Of a stretch of DNA of 64,000 bases, positions 60,360 to 64,000 are shown one piece after another (positions within the stretch are counted from its first letter, which is position 1; every line of letters starts with the position of its first letter). The stretch is from Myxococcota bacterium. Lineage in GTDB: Bacteria > Myxococcota_A > UBA9042 > PHBI01 > JAWLBL01. The DNA is taken from contig JAWLBL010000012.1 in assembly GCA_041687695.1 (NCBI GenBank), positions 1 through 64,000 of the forward strand, written 5' to 3'. The notes under the pieces were generated by a model. That model ran no database searches, was not told where the DNA came from, and saw nothing but the letters and a program-made list of their open reading frames with translations. The position numbers were made by a program, and so were the translations under genes.

Positions 60360-61436
60360 ATGGACAACCTGCTGCTGCACCCCGAGGCGCGCGCGACCGT
60401 GTGGGACCGCGTCTGCGACCACTTCCCGCGCCAGCCCGCGACCTGGGACATCTCGGCCGACGGCCGCGTCCCCATCGACGACGACGCCCCGCTGCTCCGC
60501 CACGGCGCGCCGGTGCTGGGCCTGTCGTTCTCGCCCGACGGCCTGTGGCTCGCCGCAGCCGGCGGCGGCGCCATCCCGCGCGCCGACGCCACCGTGCGCT
60601 GCTGGAACGTCGAGACCGGCGACACCCTGGTCTGCCGCGGCCACGCCGCCGGCGTCTTCGCCGTCGCCTTCGACCCGCGCACGGGCGTGCTCGCCTCGGC
60701 CAGCCACGACTTCTCGGTCCTTCTGTGGAACCTCGAGGCCGGCGACGCCGTGTTCCTGCTGGGCGAGGACTCGGTGGCCAAGCAGGGCCTGGCGTTTGCG
60801 ACCACGCGCCCGTGGCTGGCCATCGGCGACGGCCACGCCTACCGAGGCCGCCAGGCCGCCCTGCGCGTGCTGGATCTGACCACCGGACAGACCGTCTTCC
60901 AGCACACGCTGCCCCCCGGCGAGCACGTGCAGCACCTGGCCCTGTCGCCCGACGGGACCACGCTGGTCGCCGCCACCCTGGACGCCGACGCCTACGCGCG
61001 CGAGGTCGTGGCCTGGCGGCTGCCCGAGGGCGAGGTCCTGTGGCGCTTCGATCGGCCCGAGGGCGCCGCCTGGCAGGGGCTGGCCCTGGACCCCGCCCGC
61101 GACCGCGTCCTGCTGGCCTGGCGCGACGCCGACGACGTGCGCTGGTTGACCCCGCACGCGCTCGCAGACGGCCGCGCGCTGGACCCGGTCTCGGTGGGGC
61201 GCGGGCTGTTGGGCGCCCTGGCCGTCAGCCACGAGGCCGATCTCGCCGCCACCGTGGGCGAGGACGCGCTGGTCCGCGTCTTCGAGCTGGGCTCGCTGAC
61301 CCCGACCGCCGAGCTGCCGGTCGCCGCCACCGGCCCCACCGCCCTCGCCTTCTCACCCGCGGGCGATCTGCTGGCGGTCGGCACCGTCCGCCGCACCGTC
61401 GCCCTGCTGCGCGGCCCCTTCCGCGGCCGCGACTGA
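60360..61436 (+). CDS. WD40 repeat protein
   Basis: GH..GVFAVAFDP...LASASHDFSVLLWN and repeated xAFSPDG motifs. Confidence 0.9.
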   Translation: MDNLLLHPEARATVWDRVCDHFPRQPATWDISADGRVPIDDDAPLLRHGAPVLGLSFSPDGLWLAAAGGGAIPRADATVRCWNVETGDTLVCRGHAAGVFAVAFDPRTGVLASASHDFSVLLWNLEAGDAVFLLGEDSVAKQGLAFATTRPWLAIGDGHAYRGRQAALRVLDLTTGQTVFQHTLPPGEHVQHLALSPDGTTLVAATLDADAYAREVVAWRLPEGEVLWRFDRPEGAAWQGLALDPARDRVLLAWRDADDVRWLTPHALADGRALDPVSVGRGLLGALAVSHEADLAATVGEDALVRVFELGSLTPTAELPVAATGPTALAFSPAGDLLAVGTVRRTVALLRGPFRGRD

Positions 61437-61443
61437 CCGCGCG

Positions 61444-62805
61444 TCAGCCGCGGGTCGACAGGGCGCCCAGCATGGCGTCGACCAGCCAGATCCAGCCGCG
61501 GAAGCCCAGGGTCGGCGCGTCGAACAGCGCGTGGCGGTGGAACGACGGGAAGCCCAGCTCGAGCAGGCGCGGGCGCGGGTGGGCGTCGGTGACCGACAGG
61601 TGGGCCGTGCTGTTGCCGACGAAGAGATCGAGGCCGGGGGCGGCCTGGGCCTCGGCGACGACGCGGTCGAGCATGGTGTGCGAGGGGGCGAAGCAGGCGC
61701 GGACCGGCTCGAAGCCCTCGGGCGAGAAGTCCAGGCCCTCGGGGCGGCGGGCCGAGGCGGCGAGCAGCGGGACCGTCATGCCCAGCTCCTCGCAGGTCGC
61801 GAGGAAGCCGGGGAAGCAGTGCGGGTCGCCAGCGAAGGCGACGCGCTTGCCGGCGAAGTAGTGGGGCACGACCCACTCGAGGCGCGGGACGGCGCGGGCG
61901 AGCTCGGCCTCGCAGAGGGCGTCGGCGCGGTCGAGGCGGCCGACGGCGCGGCCCAGCCCGCGGACGAAGCGGCGGGTGGCGCGCAGGCCGAAGGGCAGCG
62001 GCAGGTCCAGGACGCGCGCGCCGGAGCGGCCGGCCAGGGCGTGGGCGGCGCGCTTGCCGTGGGGCAAGGCGACGACCAGCTCGGCCTCGCCGGCGGCGGC
62101 CAGGTCCTCGTAGCGCGAGCCGTCGAGCCAGACGGAGGTGACCTCGAGCCCGAGCGCCTCGCACAGCCGCCGCAGCTCGGCGGTGTTGGCGCGGTTGTCC
62201 TCTTCGTTGCGGTCGAAGAGGTAGCCGACCAGGGCGACCCGGCCGGGGCGCGGGGCCGCGGAGGGCAGCGCGATGTGGCGGGCGATGGCGAGCAGGGTCT
62301 CGTCGTAGCCGTCGAGCCAGTCGCCGTCGAGCGAGCGGCTGGGGACCTCTAGCATCGGGAAGGGGATCTCGGGCTGCAGATCGGCCAGGATGCGGTCGTA
62401 CTGCGTGCCGATGATCATGACGTGGGGCATCGAGCAGACGAGCGCGGCGCCGACCTTCGGGATGCGCGCGACGCGGCGGATGCGGTCGCGGACCTCGCTG
62501 CCGTCGCTCTTGATGACCCGCGAGGAGTACAAGAGCGTCGAGACGATGCGGTGCTCGCCCATGGCGTCGAGCAGGGTCGAGTTGAGGTCGTGCTTGCCGT
62601 GGACCCACTCGGCCTTGCGGTACAGGCAGTCGGGGCCGTCGATGACCGCGTAGGCGTCGGAGATGGCGTTGATGGCCGTGTACAGGCCCAGCTGGTAGGG
62701 CAGCCGGTACGAGCGGGTGTGGCGCTCGGCGGGCAGCGGCTCGAGCAGCTCGACGCCGGGGCGGTCGGTCGGGAAGACGGCCTCGGGGACGCGCGCGGTG
62801 GTCAT
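61444..62805 (-). CDS. Nitrogenase component 1 type oxidoreductase-like protein
   Basis: AVIDGPDC, IIGTQY, DWLDGY, VALVG, ELRRL..ALGLEV, PFGLRATRRF, GKRVA, LGFP...PTLGFRG. About 453 aa. Confidence 0.8.
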   Translation of the reverse strand: MTTARVPEAVFPTDRPGVELLEPLPAERHTRSYRLPYQLGLYTAINAISDAYAVIDGPDCLYRKAEWVHGKHDLNSTLLDAMGEHRIVSTLLYSSRVIKSDGSEVRDRIRRVARIPKVGAALVCSMPHVMIIGTQYDRILADLQPEIPFPMLEVPSRSLDGDWLDGYDETLLAIARHIALPSAAPRPGRVALVGYLFDRNEEDNRANTAELRRLCEALGLEVTSVWLDGSRYEDLAAAGEAELVVALPHGKRAAHALAGRSGARVLDLPLPFGLRATRRFVRGLGRAVGRLDRADALCEAELARAVPRLEWVVPHYFAGKRVAFAGDPHCFPGFLATCEELGMTVPLLAASARRPEGLDFSPEGFEPVRACFAPSHTMLDRVVAEAQAAPGLDLFVGNSTAHLSVTDAHPRPRLLELGFPSFHRHALFDAPTLGFRGWIWLVDAMLGALSTRG

Positions 62806-64000
62806 GGGCGGCCTCCTTCGAGGCCGAAGGCGCTGCCGAGGTAGCGGCCGTACAGGCGGTAGAAGGGCATGGCGCAGCGGCTGAGCAGGGCCTCGGCGGT
62901 GCGGACGGCCCCGGCGGGCCCGCAGTCGACGTCGCGCAGCGAGAACACGTTCTTGCCGAGGCGGGTCAGGCGCTTGTCGAAGAAGATCTCGGAGTAGAAG
63001 GCGACCGCCGGGGCGCGGCGCAGGGCGTCCTGCAGCTCGGCGGGCGAGGCGAAGCCGTGCAGGACGTGGCCGGGCAGGGTCGGCGGCGGCGGCGGGCCGG
63101 TGGCCGTGAAGGCCAGGATGTCTACGCCGGAGAAGCCGATCTCGGCCACGAGGTCGAACAGCGGCACGCCCATCAGGCGGCTGGCGGTGAACAGGCCCCG
63201 CCAGTCGGCCCGGTCGCTGACGACGCCCAGGCGGTAGGCGCGGGCGCGGCCACGCAGGGCGTCCCAGCGCTCGGCGACGCGGGCCTCTTCGAGGTCCCAG
63301 ACGTCGCAGGCGCGCTCGAGCAGCCCCAGCGGCTCGGCGATGGCCAGCAGCCACCGGCGCGTGCCGTCGAGCCCGAAGGGGGCCGGCGGGCGGAGCAGCG
63401 GGATGTCGGGGAAGCGCTCGGCGAGGCCTTCGACGGGGCGGGCGTAGCGGTCCCAGCCGTAGGCGACGTTGAGCGCGGCCTCGCCCAGGCCCACCAGCCC
63501 CTCGGGGCTGACGTCGGGGAAGACCGAGCAGCCGATCTCGACGCCGATGGCCTCGAGCAGGCGCACCAGATCCGCGCGCCCCGGCATGTCCGGGAAGCCC
63601 AGCAGGTTCACGCGGTTGGCCACGCGGCGGGACCCGCGCACGCGGGGGTCCGCGCTGAGCTTTTGCAGCAGGACGTCCTGCGGGTTGTTCTCGTTGCCGA
63701 CGACCACGATGGGTACGCCGATGCGGGTCTGGGCGCGGGCGGCCGCGGCCTCGAGGTCGTCGCCGGTCACCATCGGGACGCAGCTGTTGTAGACGACGAC
63801 CATGTTGGGCTTGGACGGCAGGTCGGCCACCCCCTCGAGCACCTCTTGCAGCTTGGCGTCGCCGCCCTTGATGACGTCCAAGTCCGACAGATCGGTGATG
63901 AGCCCCTCGTCGGCGGGGCGGCGCTCCTTCTGGGTGTTCGGCGCGACGGTGTTGAAGAACCCGACGGTGCCTCGGTCGGCCACGGTCGCGTTGAAGCTGC
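62802..64000 (-). CDS. Second nitrogenase component 1-like protein (5' partial)
   Basis: TDLSDLDVIKGGDAKL, NSCVPMVTGDDL, VNLLGF, PFGLDGTRRWL. The frame is open to the window edge and its stop overlaps the next ATG. Confidence 0.8.
   Translation of the reverse strand, partial: SFNATVADRGTVGFFNTVAPNTQKERRPADEGLITDLSDLDVIKGGDAKLQEVLEGVADLPSKPNMVVVYNSCVPMVTGDDLEAAAARAQTRIGVPIVVVGNENNPQDVLLQKLSADPRVRGSRRVANRVNLLGFPDMPGRADLVRLLEAIGVEIGCSVFPDVSPEGLVGLGEAALNVAYGWDRYARPVEGLAERFPDIPLLRPPAPFGLDGTRRWLLAIAEPLGLLERACDVWDLEEARVAERWDALRGRARAYRLGVVSDRADWRGLFTASRLMGVPLFDLVAEIGFSGVDILAFTATGPPPPPTLPGHVLHGFASPAELQDALRRAPAVAFYSEIFFDKRLTRLGKNVFSLRDVDCGPAGAVRTAEALLSRCAMPFYRLYGRYLGSAFGLEGGRP

Noticed and set aside
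61444..64000. Bona fide nifDK / nitrogen fixation
   Set aside because: The P-cluster Cys set is incomplete, no FeMoco ligand motifs are recognisable, and there are no nif accessory genes nearby.

Overview
This 64-kb window is very GC-rich bacterial chromosome, most likely Myxococcota-type. That inference rests on a MYXO-CTERM-like sorting tail, tandem Ser/Thr kinases, PP2C phosphatases and Cys-rich lipoproteins. I found about 45 credible CDSs and no rRNA, tRNA, CRISPR array or intact transposase/integrase. Recognisable genes include RluA, an MFS transporter, SelO/YdiU, pirin, a truncated globin, a CDGSH protein, HlyIII, a GMC oxidoreductase, PhoD, fasciclin, a CarH/LitR-type regulator, an acetyl-CoA hydrolase-GNAT fusion, MaeB, a clan-A glycoside hydrolase and two nitrogenase-component-1-like genes at the right edge. 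Five signals stand out. (1) A candidate sigma54-driven sRNA at about 52690-52952 is built from about 6 hairpins that all display C-rich (CCCC) loops. (2) A cassette-like island at 1-2430 has small genes delimited by REP-like palindromes, including an orphan MafI-type immunity gene with the stub of its toxin, and it truncates vapC. (3) A divergent nitrogenase-fold gene pair. (4) A B12-photoreceptor/fasciclin divergon with a readable promoter and operator. (5) A GSU2403-type nucleotidyltransferase with an operator palindrome, next to SelO. All calls come from reading motifs by eye; no database searches were run.
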